Assembly: GCF_008831285.2 (NCBI RefSeq)
Contig: NC_045138.2
Span: forward strand, 35,340,001-35,404,000
Origin: Nymphaea colorata
Taxonomy: Eukaryota
Length of the DNA: 64,000 bases
Direction: 5' to 3'
Shown here piece by piece: positions 1-13,060 of this stretch. The notes under the pieces were generated by a model, which was not told the DNA's origin, made no database searches, and saw only the letters and a list, made by a program, of their open reading frames with translations. A program made the translations under genes and the position numbers. Position 1 is the first letter of the stretch, and each line of letters begins with the position of its first letter.

Positions 1-572
1 CCATTTCATAAGATGGACCTATGCCAATCAATACTATTTCTTGCGCCCATAGCCTTTTTTTTCTTGTTTCTTTTGTATACTGTGATAGGCATCTCTTCTA
101 CCGACAATATAAAACTATCTACCACCTTAATCAAATCAAATTAAAGCTACCACAAAATGCAGTAGCCAAAACCACGACCATTTAATCCAGAAACAGCTTC
201 TTCCACCGCTTTGTGCTAACCCAAAATCATCTCAAATCTTGAGTTCAGTTAGGACCTATCACTGGCGCATGTTTAAAAATGAAAAAGCATAACACGGGAT
301 AAGTGCCGCTACTGATCGTTTCCTACTTCTACCAGATTCGTCTGACACAGACTAACACGAGATGATCAGGGTTGCCTCATGAAAGCACAATCGTGGCAAT
401 TCTATTTTCCAGGATCATTCTCGCTTTCCTGACAGGCATGTTCAATCTAGACATACCTAGTTCATTGCACTAGCCCAATAGTTGAACAGAAACCCTTAGA
501 TGAAACTAGAAAATTGCAGATTGGAGAACTCTTGGATGTGATAAAGAGAAAAAAAAACCACAGGGGATAATA

Positions 573-3500
573 TCACCTGGGGATTCTTGTGATTATGTAT
601 CGTCCTTTCTCCAAGTCGTATACAGTCTTCACTTGTGGCTTCTGCCATTTTGATATGAAAAATGCAAAAATAACTGCCAGAAAGAATATTACAAAAAATG
701 TGAAGAACGTAAAAGAATCCTTGCCCATAGCCCAAATTGGGATTTCAGGACCAGGTTCAGCTTCCATGGCTATTTGCTGGATAAATGCCCCAAGCGTCCA
801 GTCAAGAGGTACATTTCCTGCCTGATTTGCAAATCCAATCCTGTGTTCAAGCATGAAAGAAGTTAGCGCTTCCAAAGCCCAAACAGATCGCAAGACAAAA
901 TAAAAATTAAATATTCCAGCTTTTCCTTAAGCAAAGGGTCTCACAGAACTGTTTAAAGAAAAGTAAATGTCCACCTCTTGACATCCATGGGAATTCCAAG
1001 GCCATTGTGTAGCAAGGCAACAACATATGCAGATGAGAAACAAAACTGCAACAGATCTTCTTCGTCCATACCAGAATGTTCATTTTTCAATTTATTCCAA
1101 TCTTCTTCGCAATAATGATGTCCAGCAGACACCAACTCTGAAAGTGATGCCCTCGGGACAAGCCCAAAAAACTATTAAAATTGCAGATGGCAATAACAAA
1201 GAGTGAGAATCAAGCACCAATTAGACAACCGGGATGAACTCTTCTATATAACCAAACAAGAGAAAGAACCTTAGAAGTGTAGAAGAAGTCCTGTGCAGAA
1301 AAATATTTGCCTTGAAACTCTGGAATGACAATGGAACCTGTTCTGCAAGGTGGCTTCATGCACTTACCTGAGTGACATGCAGGAGACGGTCACCAATTTT
1401 AGAGCATGCTTAGCAAGCAAAACCTAACTTTTCTATGTACGGGAAGCAGGCATATGTACATCCGAGAAGCAGAAAACATTGAAGCTTCAAGAAACTCTGG
1501 CGGTGTTTTATGTTTTTTAATCACATAATCAAAACATATAATCACCTACCAAGTCAAGGTTTATCTGGTACAAGAGTTTTGTAGCATTTATCATTTTCCA
1601 AATCCCTAGAGATCTCTGAAATTTTTTTGCCATGACTGCCACAATTCTTGTGACTTTATGCAATTTCCTTAAGTATCAATCATCAGTGAAGAACCATTTT
1701 ATTGCTTTTTTTTATCTTTTCTTCAGTAATTGGCATCAGCCAATTCTTGATTAACAGCTTCGCGACCAATAATTGGAGAACAGAAATTTGAAGTCTTAGT
1801 GCCACTTTTAGAAACTAGACAGCCTTAACAACACAGACTACATAATAATTTAAACCTAAGTTACATGGGTACTTCAGTAAGGTCCACATACCCGTGTCGC
1901 CGTACCCGTACCCAAAATGGGTACTTTGACATTTGGGTACTTATAGATCCAAACTGATTAATTTTACTTCGATTTAATTTTTTCCACCTTACTTTTTATT
2001 CTATTCTTTAAATGTGAAAATTCGATTGATGTTCATATTTGACTATGGGGCTTCTTGGTTGTCCATATGTTTAAAGTTTTTTATAGATTTCTTAAACACC
2101 CTGCTACAAGAGCCATTGATATATATTTTCTATGTTATTTATTTGTTTATGTTGATGTATATTCTTTATTTTGATACATATTTTCTAAGTATTTCTTATT
2201 GTTTATATATATATATACGGCCGTATCCCTGCACCCAAATTTTTTGAAAATGGTCAGTATCCGTACCCGTAACCCGCACAGGCACCTGTACCCGTACCTA
2301 TGTGACATAGATTTAAACATATGTATGAGCCCTTTGAGAAAGGATGTATGCAGCAATATCATTAGCTTTTGTACACAGGCATCGATAAGTAGTATCAAGT
2401 TTTTATATTTTCAATTTTGATGTGCAAAATAGTCATCTTGATCTTTACTATTCTTATTTTCTGTCAAATAGGGTCATCAGTGGCAGGGCCCACTTGTAAA
2501 AGTGGCAAACCTTGGCACCAAAGAACATCTTGTTGAATTGCGCTTATTTGCTAGAATAATATGTTAATGGATCCATTCCTCAAATAACGATATCGTCAGG
2601 TGGTCCAGATAGAATATCAAAAGATGATGGAATTGCTCGGGTGGGCACAGCTCAGGTCACCAGCACCTTATGTACTGGTGTGTGCTAAGTAAATCCCATG
2701 ATGGTCTATGAAACATCACAGGCAAGCAAGCATGCCAGTAGCTAATTGCAAAACAAAGATTATATCATGCTGCAAAGGACTGAGGTACACACCTGTCACC
2801 TTTCCCAATAGCATCAAAGTGTCAGATACACAAGCTGAAAAGTTCCCTGTTGGAAACTCCAAAAGTTTCTTGGCAGACACAGATCTTGAATTTGATGAGA
2901 GGGGAACATCTGAACTGTGAAAATATCCTCTTGGAATACATGGATTCATTAAAGTGTCTTTACCAGAACCAGATGCTGCATCAAAGGAAACAGAGCACAG
3001 TATAATCTGTAAATTCTCATTTCTTGGTTCTAATTTTAGGCAAGCTATGCATGTTTCCAAACATTCACAAATTTTAGAAAGTACTGCAACAAAGAAGGCC
3101 ATCAAGATGATATCCTGATATGGCATGGTATCATCACAAAATAGTTGATTGACCATTGATCCAGCCTAACAACAATATCATGAAAATTATTCCATATGTC
3201 ACCTTGATAGAATTAGGATAATGGACTTGCCTAAAAGAAATTTACAACTTACAATATGATTCTCATTAACCAATGTCACAAAAAACGCATATTAATAAAA
3301 AAAAGCGTTAAATACACAAAAAAAGTCAACCGAATGAAACGAAAATTAGACGCGTCTTTTTTTTAAATGCCAAAAAAATAAAAAACGTGAAAAAAAAACA
3401 CGTAGTATATGCATTTTTTCGCGTTTTTAAACTACCGCAAACTTTTATTTTTTAAGCACGAGGTCTGTTTTTTAAACAATGGCACCACATGTAATATTGA

Positions 3501-6500
3501 AGACAAGTAGGTTCTTTTTAAACTTGACCTTTCCTTTTAATGGCAAAAAGGTACTTTCAGTAGAAAAGAAGGATTAGGTTAAAATAAAAATTCGTTCAGG
3601 TGAAAAGGGGTTAGGTTAATACGTTGAGGCTTTGAGTTTGAATTTTGAAGTTGATAGTGGAGTCACCGGACGGACGAAAGCTGAGAGGGGTCGATGGATG
3701 GAGGCTGACCCTGAGAAGTTGAAGCTTGCAAGCAGTGAGCATCGACGGGAGTCGTTGAACTGAACGTAAGTTGTCGTCAGACGTAAGCTAGGTTGAACAG
3801 TTGAAGGCTTGAGCTTCCGAGCAGCCACAACCATAGGAGTCGTCAGACAAAAGGTCTCTAATAAGTAATAACTAATAGTGATTTTTCATTTTTTTCAATT
3901 TATCATTTATTTATTTTCATATAATTTTCAAGATTTTTAATTTCTTTTTAAAATTTGCCGTTTCCTGAAATATACAACTTTGCTATATTATACCCGAGAA
4001 ATTCTTCGCCGTATAATACTCGTACACGATATATGTGACAATGTTATTAACCAATCAACCACCGATTTAACGAAAGTAAATATTCCAACAACTTCAAGTT
4101 TGGCCCGCTTCTCATTGTTGTTCAGAAGTCCCACATGGTCGACTGAATCCTAATAGATTCACTAAAATAGTTTTCTTACTTTTCTAGATTAGAGGTGTAT
4201 AATAGATGTGCCAACAGATGTTTTTCTTTCGAAATATTAAAAACATTTCTTTCATATCTGAAAAAATAAACATGGTCAACAATTGAAGAAAAAACTGGTT
4301 AGGATAATAATTAGCAATGGAAAAGAGGAACTGGAACTCAAATCCTTTATGAAAACAAAAGGTCAAGGCAAACTTCTTCAATTTCATTAAGGGTGAACCA
4401 CATCAGTATCATATATTCTGTAACTTGGGCAGCGACTTTAATCAAGCTAAGTGATTTGTCACAGTGTTTCCTGGAAGGTCACGTTCTTAAGAGAAAGTAT
4501 AAGACCTTCAAAACCTTACTAGACACTCTCAAAATATTTTAATTTTAAGCCAATGTCATTCAGAGAATATAGGAAGATAAAAATTTATTGAAACTCCTAA
4601 CTTACAAAATTTCAGGACTGAATTGTGAGCTTCATGCAACAATGCCCAAACTGCATCCTGCAAAACATGTCCATAAACTTTGAGCAGATTAACTCCATAA
4701 CTGCATTCACTCCAGTTCAACAAATTCTTCTAATCATTATATGGAAAGAAATATACTATTGCTCCTGAAGAGGAAGGCAGCTTCTTTCCGTTCAATTTGA
4801 ACTTTTAGCCACCAATAGGGCCTCATGGACTCAAATCAAAAGCAAGAACCAAGAGTAGTTCATCCTTTTGCCTATAAATGTCTCAAACAACTTCAGTACT
4901 AAAAGCAACATACAGAAGCCCAAAGAATAGTACCAAACACGAAGTGGTAGTGGAATGTTTCATATCCATGCCTCTAGTGGTACGACATATGGATCAATAC
5001 AAAGAGTCTGCCTTGGACATTAGAAATATAAGCAGTCCACACAATTCACATACAGAAACCGACAAAACTGACATATCTTCAAGATGGTTGCCAATCACAA
5101 TGGTTATGGCCTTATATCACCTCTTAATGGATTATGTCGGTAAACCTTATAAATAGGAGTGGGCACCGGGCTGGGCCCAATAAAAAAAAAAAATTATAAA
5201 AATAAGTTTTATATATTTTTTCTTTATATAATATATATTTTTTATTTTTTTTAATTAAAGTACAACCGGGGCGAGCCAGGCAGGGCCTGGGCCCAGACCC
5301 GACTGCAAATTGGGCCTGCCGGCCCGGCCAGATGCCCACCCCTACTTATATAGGAGACAAAATAAAACAAACTACAAGTTCATATTGACTACAATACAAG
5401 TTATATTACCAAGTAAAAGAAGTTGTGTTACCAAGTATCACTGTTTCATTCTTCTAAGTTTCAAATAGAGATACACTAGACTTCTGGTTTTCGTTTTCAA
5501 GGAAAGACAGACACGAGTGATCTTTCATTCTGGAACTGAATCTCAAGTGAGCACATTTAGTAAAGGGTAAAGAATCACCAGCCCTAGGTTAAACATATAC
5601 AACAGTGGTAAAATGAAATCCTGATAATTTAGAAAATTAGCATGCATGGACAAGGTATGGTCAAAGACAATAAGCAACAAAACAGGCATAAATAGTTTCA
5701 CATGCCAGCAATCTTAAGCAAACATGAAGATTTCTAATCTACATTTCTAGAAATAGCTAGTAGCCAAAACAAGAGATTACAAGAGAAGTGCTGGAAGGTG
5801 AATAACCTGGCCAAAATGAAGTAAGCTATGACTATAGAGATTATAGGTAGTTCCTCCCAGTTTAACAACCCGAGAAAATTCTAAGGGAGGTGGCTCCCTT
5901 GGAACAAAAGTAACCTGTTCACACAAAGACAAAGTTTCACTTCATGACAATATGCAAGCACAAAAATGCAGCAACATTTTACTGGTTCATTTTGTTTTTA
6001 TCCAAGGTTGATCAATATGGATTCTACAAGAAAGAGAGAATTATGAGGGCTTCAACAAAGGATGAAGAATGCCACTAGACAATTGCAACTTGTAAGTACA
6101 TAAGAAAGTATTCATGTCAATACAATCTTCTCCTACACATATTGTCACTCTAGGGCCAAGATTGGAAGTGAGAAATTATCTGCTAGGAAAAGAAAATTTT
6201 GCCCTCATGGAAAGTTTGCTAGGGAAACATTTCAGAGAGAGTTTTTCTGCTTATGCTAAATGAGATAATTGGATACAAAAGGAAATTTTGAGAATAAAGT
6301 AGGACTGCATAAAGTAAAACAGCACAGACATGCAGCAATGTCTCCATGCAGAAATTTTTGCAAGCCAAAAAAAGAAATGCTGGTTAAGAAAGATGCTAGC
6401 AGAACAGATCCTTGTTTGGATTGATGAGACGGTCTTTTTAAACACTTTTTCCTCCTAGGAAAAGAAAATTTTATGTAGCTGAAATTTTGATGAAACTTCT

Positions 6501-8127
6501 CATTGAGCAAAAAAATCATTTCTTCATCTGACATCAGAACAATCGATGAGAACATCACTCTGAAATTTTGTCATGAAAAAAGGACAACTTCATCCTTATG
6601 TTACACGAAGTAAAACAGTACAAAATTCTGCTGGAAAAAATCAACATCTTTTATTGAAGGAAGTTTTACCAGGAAAGTGGCTGATTTTCTTGCAAATATT
6701 TTTCTCCACTGTTTTAGAGACATAGCATATTGCAAAACATGTGCTGTCCAGTGGATCATATTCAAAATTCAACACCTTTTATCGATAGATGTTTGGTCAG
6801 AAAAGTGGCTGACTTCCCTGCAAATATTTTTCTTCACTGTTTTAGAGACATAGATATTGCTATACATATGCTATTCAGCTGATCATATTCAAATATCATG
6901 AACCATTTAGGGCCTAAATACTTTATGTAACAATGCCAAGATTAAAAAAGGACATCATGCAATCCATAGGTTACAACATAAGATAAGCAATTACAGAAAA
7001 CAAGGGCTAAAAAACCATAGACAAAAAAAAGTCTACCTGCAAAGAAGTGCCACCAAGTTCAACTACACCAATGGTCTTCCAAGGATCACCTCCCAAAGTA
7101 CCAAGAGCATAATTTGCAGCAACCCAAGCATAAATACCCTCATCTCTGCCTGTGTTATATATGTCATTATGATATCCAAATGAGAAATCTGTAAGCAGGC
7201 CCCAGGACTAGTTTGAAAGGAGCAGATAGTTTATTGAGCAAAGGGAAAAAAAAAAGTTGTACAAAAAAGGCACCCAAAAAATGATCTATGAAACATGATG
7301 TCCAGTCGTAACCTGAAAATATGATGTGAACCAGAGTCGTAAGGGATTTTCCTGCTGAGGAGAAGCTATATGGTACCATTACCAACTTCAAAAGCTGGAA
7401 AAGCTGGGTGAAGAATATAAGAGAACAGCAAGATTGAGTTTTGCGCACAGCTCTATCAAAGGAGGTTACGCTCTTGAAAGTAGGCATGGTACAAGATGTG
7501 ATTTGGCTACGAGCCTGTTAATTATTCGGTAACCATGACCCTATGTATTATTCTTGCTGTATGTTGCTCTTTGTTACAAAGGATCTATCCCCAGTAGGTC
7601 TGCATCGGAAAATGATCTAAGAAATCTTTCTTTTGCAAATCAAATAAATGTATAGATCAATGAAGTAGAGAATTTGAGGTAAAAAGTTGAAACGTTAGTT
7701 CTTTGGACCTGACCTAAACAGTTTTGGTTCAGTTCTGAGTGTTTTGTTGTTCAGTGGGCAGATCTTAGTATAATTTCTTTTAAAACATGTGTGCTGATTT
7801 GTTTAAACTGTTATAGCATTGATGGTTTTGTTTTATTATGCAATAAATTGTTAGCACAATAGTATTTTAAATCAAGTCACACGGGTACAGCAACTATAGT
7901 GGTGCAACCCGCATTGATGCAGGTGCAAGTACGGGTGCGGCCCGACACGGTGTCAAACAAGTTTTGGCCATTCTAGAAAATGTTTTGGCTGAGTATTCAT
8001 TGATATATCAATTCAAGGTATCTTTGATAAAAAAAAGTTTAAAAATATGGAAAAAAAAATTACTTATATAACAAATAACATATATATGTATATATATATA
8101 TATGTATACATAATTATATATGTATGT

Positions 8128-8175
<48 letters not shown>

Positions 8176-9274
8176 TCACCCCGCACCCATGTGACATAGA
8201 TTTTAAATGTCTATTTATAAAATAAGAGGAACAAGTTTATGAGAATTCTAATAGAACTTTTAACAAGTCTCTATCGTGACTGGCCGCAAGGGCTGCCTAA
8301 GGGCGGTAACCAATAATAGCCTGCAAGCTATGCAACATGGATAACCCGCACCGTACCGGTATGCACTCGGGTACGCCCTAGGTACTGCATTGACCGCATC
8401 AAGTACAAACGTACAGTCAACGTACATGAGTACGTATCCGTTCATTTTCGGACTCAGTCAAAGTTGACCGAGTCCAAAAATGTTCATAGGTTAGGGTTTT
8501 ATTTTTTTTTAATGTTAAAGAGAAAGCGCAGAGCCCTTGACGGTTTCAGTGTTTCACCCACAACGACCGACGACAGCAAGCTCCACTCCGGCGAAGGACG
8601 ACTACTCCAATGAACAGTGACTTCTCCAATGACCAATGACTTCTCTGGCGAAGGGCGACGTGTTTTTTAACGTTAAAGAGAAAATGCAAAACCCAGCAAA
8701 ACCCTCAACAGTTTTTGTGTTTCACCAACAGCGACTGACGGCAACAAGGGCAACTCCAGCAACTTCAACTTCTTCCTCCAACGAACGGTGACTTCTCCGA
8801 TGATCGATGACTTCTTCGGCAAAGGGCGAAGCCTTTTTTAACGTTAAAAAGAAAATGCAAAACGCAATAGAACCCTCGAAGGTTTTTGAGTTTCACCCAT
8901 AGTGACCGACGATAGCTAGGGCAACTCCAGCAAATTCTACTTCTTCTCTAGCGAACGACAACTTCTCCGATGACCGACGACTTCTTTGGCGAAGGGCGAT
9001 GCCTCTTTTATGTTCAAGAGAAAACACAAAACACAACAGAGCCCTCGATGGTTTCTACGTTTTACCCACAACGATGAAAGGTGCTTTCGCCAGCAAGGGC
9101 AACTTAGGTGAACGACAACTTCTCCAGCAAACGACGACATCTCCGATGACCGACGACTTCTCCTAGAAGGGCGACGCTTTGTTTTGTATGTTAATTACTT
9201 TCATGCTTTGTTTCGTAGTATCTATAAATTTTGGATCATGATTTATGTATGCTATTCTGTTTACTTGAATTCCA

Positions 9275-9351
<77 letters not shown>

Positions 9352-11419
9352 GCCGTACCCCCGCACCCAAATTTTTTGAAAAAGTTTTGTACCCATACCG
9401 GCACCGGCACCCATACCTATGTAACATAGCCTGCAAGGGGCGATGAGCAAGTCCTCTATAGAAAGAAAAAAATAAAAAATAAAAGAAAAGGAAAAGAAAG
9501 ATGGTCACTAGTCGCAAGATTCCACAAAGGAGCAAGTCCTTCAAGTGTGGGACCTCAAGTGGAGAGCAAGTCTCTCTTGAGGTGATAGAGCGAACTTAAG
9601 TAAGAAGGTGATATGAGAAAGTTCATTATGTTTGAAAGTTGCATATGTTAAGATATCTTACTTGTTGTAATTTGTATTTGTTTTCAATGATTATCAATTT
9701 ATAGCGTCATGCTCACTGAGTCAGTAGGACTCATCCTTTGAACTTTTTCTTTTTTCAGCTGAGCAAGATAGTAGTTGTGAGCAGGCGGCTAAACATCATT
9801 ATATTTCAGCCTCCGGGTTCCTAATGTGATAGGTAGAAGTTAGATTCATGATATTGATTATGTATCATTGCATCCAAGCTTTATATGTCATAAACCTTCA
9901 GCTTCAGATTGGAACTAAAAGAAAAAAAAAAATACCTTCAACCAAATTCAAGTCCAGACATAGGATTGCATTTTGCCTTGGAATGCATCCCAAATTTTGA
10001 GAAACACACCACACCAAGTAAATCTGCATAAACATTCATGTGACAATAAAACAGGAAATCTAAAATAAGTTGTCAGGAAGTGCTTTATGATTTATGAAGC
10101 TTCAAGCTTATCCTAATTTGATTGATTCATTTAATCCTTCTTCACATGAATCTTATACGTGCTAGTCTTCTAGGTATATATAGTGCAACTATTGTTAGTC
10201 CTCTAAATCATTTAACTGTCCAAGTTAGTTCCTAACGCATGCTTGCTTCCTGTTATCAACAACTATTATTTGTAGGAGTATCAAATACTTCAGCACTTGC
10301 CCTCTGCAAAGGATGCAGATACATCAAACATCAAAAGTTGAACACTTTCTTAGTTTCTTTTAAACCAGAAGAAGTGCCCACATTTACTTGTTCGAGTGCT
10401 CAATAGGAATAACTAGGTTTCTAGTAGTAGGTGCATGCTGAAAAGGAATAGCATGTCCACAATCACATCAAGGGATGCCGGCACCCACATCAATGCTCAA
10501 AGATGTGTAAACAACGACTTTCTAGTAGACCGTTTGAGGGTGCCAATATGCCCTGCCTATAAGTAGGTAATAGCTTGCAAATGGAATGGCATGCCAACGT
10601 AATGAAATGTGAGAAAGGATGAAACTGTAAGATTGTTAATCAACTGTTATGGAGTGCATCAGCCAATTGAAGACCGTTATACAATAAAGCAGAAGCATGC
10701 ATGTCCGACAATATTCAGAATGACCAAATAACATATGAATAACACACATAACTGGATTGATGAGAAAACACGAATGGCTCATATGATGAACCGGACCAAC
10801 CTGTGGTTACAGCTGCCCACTCGTCCTTAAACAGGAAGCCTGATGATCTCAGAACCTGTCGGCATGATTCCAAGATGACTCTCTTCCCTTCTGGGTCCAC
10901 CTTTTCCAAGCCCGTTGTGACCATCAGTTGCAACTTCGTAGTCGCCCATTCTTTTACAGGTATCTTCTTCTTGGCAAATTGCAAAAGGCTCACAAGGGAG
11001 CCTCCAGCATTTTTGGGGTCAGATGCGTATGCAGACAACCCTTCCCTAGACTTCACAGAGTCAGAACCTTTCCCGTTGAAACTAACAAAGGGAATATCCC
11101 CATCGGTGAGAAACTCAAATACGTGGACCCTGGAACCCGAATCCCCAGCATCAATAATAATTCCATAGCCCTTGGCTCTTCCAGCAGTGAATTTCGAAGA
11201 GAAGTGAACTCCTCTGGCAATGGAGAACAGGTAAACGACGAACGTTACAAGAATGAGAAGGGCAAGAAAGATCCAACACTTCTCGCGAGTAAAAAAGGTA
11301 TTGCTCGCCGGCTTCGAATTCAGCGAGGAGAACGGATGGATCCTAGGATGGATCTGCGTCCTGTGAGGTGGAATGTATGGCGCTGACGAAATCCTTGACT
11401 GGAGGGTAGAGAAATCCAT
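573..11419 (-). CDS. APY6: GDA1/CD39-family apyrase (nucleoside phosphatase), APY6-type, about 545 aa, 8 coding exons
   Basis: Exons assembled by hand with GT-AG introns and consistent phases: 11419-10801, 7149-7037, 5914-5807, 4657-4606, 2975-2793, 1367-1270, 1171-975, 840-573 (1638 nt). Apyrase conserved regions: IIIDAGDSGSRVHVF (ACR1), GRDEGIYAWVAANY (ACR3), VELGGTSLQ (ACR4), DWTLGAF (ACR5). N- and C-terminal TM segments and the APY6-type tail KPQVKTVYDLEKGRYIITR. The ORF-track start at 11437 is GTG; the first ATG is at 11419. Confidence 0.92.
1856..2310. mobile_element. hAT-type MITE (CTATGTCACAC-TIR family) in an apyrase intron
   Basis: Ends CTAAGTTACATGGGTAC ... GTACCTATGTGACATAG; perfect 8-bp TSD ATTTAAAC (1848-1855 / 2311-2318); subterminal CCGTACC repeats. 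Confidence 0.85.
3271..4043. mobile_element. hAT-type non-autonomous element in an apyrase intron
   Basis: Termini CAATGTCACA ... TGTGACAATG; 8-bp TSD TCATTAAC / TTATTAAC (1 mismatch). Confidence 0.7.
5154..5344. mobile_element. Short hAT-type MITE in an apyrase intron
   Basis: TIR TAGGAGTGGGCA ... TGCCCACCCCTA; 8-bp TSD CTTATAAA / CTTATATA; GGCCC-rich subtermini around an AT-rich core. Confidence 0.75.
6637..6893. repeat. Diverged tandem duplication, 2 x about 128 bp
   Basis: Block ...GAAAGTGGCTGA..TGCAAATATTTTTCT.CACTGTTTTAGAGACATAG..GATCATATTCAAA occurs twice head to tail. Confidence 0.7.
7872..8199. mobile_element. hAT-type MITE (CTATGTCACAC-TIR family) containing a (TA)n tract
   Basis: Ends TCAAGTCACACGGGTAC ... 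GCACCCATGTGACATAG; 8-bp TSD ATTTTAAA (7864-7871 / 8200-8207). Confidence 0.8.
8328..9429. mobile_element. hAT-type non-autonomous element (same TIR family) with four internal 160-175 bp tandem units and a (TA)n(TG)n microsatellite
   Basis: Ends CTATGCAACATGGATA ... ATACCTATGTAACATAG; perfect TSD CCTGCAAG (8320-8327 / 9430-9437); repeat units start near 8505, 8663, 8834 and 9004. Confidence 0.85.
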
Positions 11420-13060
11420 GTGAAGGAAACCATGCACATTCCTTCTTTTCCGGCTTCAATTTAAATGCCCAAATCCACCATCCAGCCGAATAAGGTGACT
11501 AATGTACAGAAGAAATAACCACATCCTAAGTAGTTCTCCAATTCAAAGAACAAAGAGAAAAGCCCATCAATTATTCATCGGGATGAAATACAGCAATGAA
11601 ATCTGTCAGCCGACTCCGGTGAAACGCAGATCCCGTGTTGAGATGGCAGTTGCAGGCTTAAGGATCACAGAAACAAGCGAAGAGAACCGTGGAACGTACG
11701 CTGATCCTCCGCGTAGGTCCCGCAACTACAACTCTTTTAATCTACACAAGGCGAACAATGAATTCAACCGACTCGATGCAAGGAACTCCTTAATCTATTC
11801 ATTTATCAGAAGAAGCGTCGAGCGATTCCTCGCCAACCTGGAAGCAACAGAGTGTCGACTTGCGGAACACAAACAAGGCGATCGGAGACGAGAAGCACTA
11901 GATCCGGCTGTCCGCTGACGCAAGAAACCCTACAGAGAGAGAGAGAGAGAGAGAAAAGAAGGGAGATCCCTTTTGGCTAAGAAGATGGAGAGGAAGGGAC
12001 GCTTCCATTCTGTTTCACTTCATCGTCCTTTTCCCCCGCGTGTCTCTTTCTTTTCTCGGAACCGATCGTTGACGAACGAGGGATAGTCCAGCCTTCTTTC
12101 GAAGGAGATTTTGACCATTATACTCTTCGACTATCCCCGTAATGACAGGACGGCGTTGTTACGGATTCGGTCGGTACGGTACGGTACCGTTTCAGTCCGA
12201 ACACGGACCTCAGAAAGGGTACATTAATTACTACGGGTTCGTTCGAGGTCAAGAAACAACATCCACCAAAATGTAAGACATCTGATCTGCTCATAGACCA
12301 AGAGCTAATAAAGCCATGATTTTGCATACATGCCAATGCAAAGCAAGATGCGTTAGAAGTAGCCGGATCGAAATCGGATTCGGCGCAGTATGATAAGCTG
12401 CGGATGTGAATTTGGTCATGGTGAGGAAACAGTATTGACTTGACTTCTCGAATCAGAACCTATTTCAGGCGGCTTTGTTTCAGTGGTTCGTTTTCGAAAT
12501 AGTTGTCGGATTCAAATTAAGTAGAACGGTTGAACGAAGAGCCATTTGAAGCCCCTACGCAAAGCTAGTCTGAGAAAGCCGGAAAGAGCCTAAATCATAT
12601 AAAGATTCCATTTCCCCCCAAGCGAGCCTTCCATCTATTATTTAATAATAATACTTGTTAAAGTTGTAATGGGTTATCGGATGATGGCGTCTTTAGGTGG
12701 AACTCGGCCCAAGAGATATATCCAATTGCCTAAATAGCCGAGCTCAGTCGTTCAACTCGCATAGTTTATTTTGCTGTTCGCGAGTCGGGCGGTTGTGCGT
12801 TGGCCTCTGTTCCGCGTCTGCCTTGTCTGTTGCTTCAGGAAGAGTCGTGCCTCGGCCGTATTCGTGCTGCTTATATTACGTTCGATCCTCGTCTATGGTC
12901 GAATAGCTGATGAGTGTGATGACGCACGGCCCTCCCTGACGAAAAAAAGATGCAGGAGGCGTGGCGGACGGAGTAAACACTGGCATCTGAGTGGCCTTCG
13001 TCTCAAACTTCGTCAGTGGCTAGACAAAAATTGTCTCTTTGTAGTTACCATACAAATGAA

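Noticed and set aside
9184..9544. ORFs with YIYI/CVCV/THTH runs (also 19268-19579 and 45989-46198)
   Set aside because: Translations of microsatellites.
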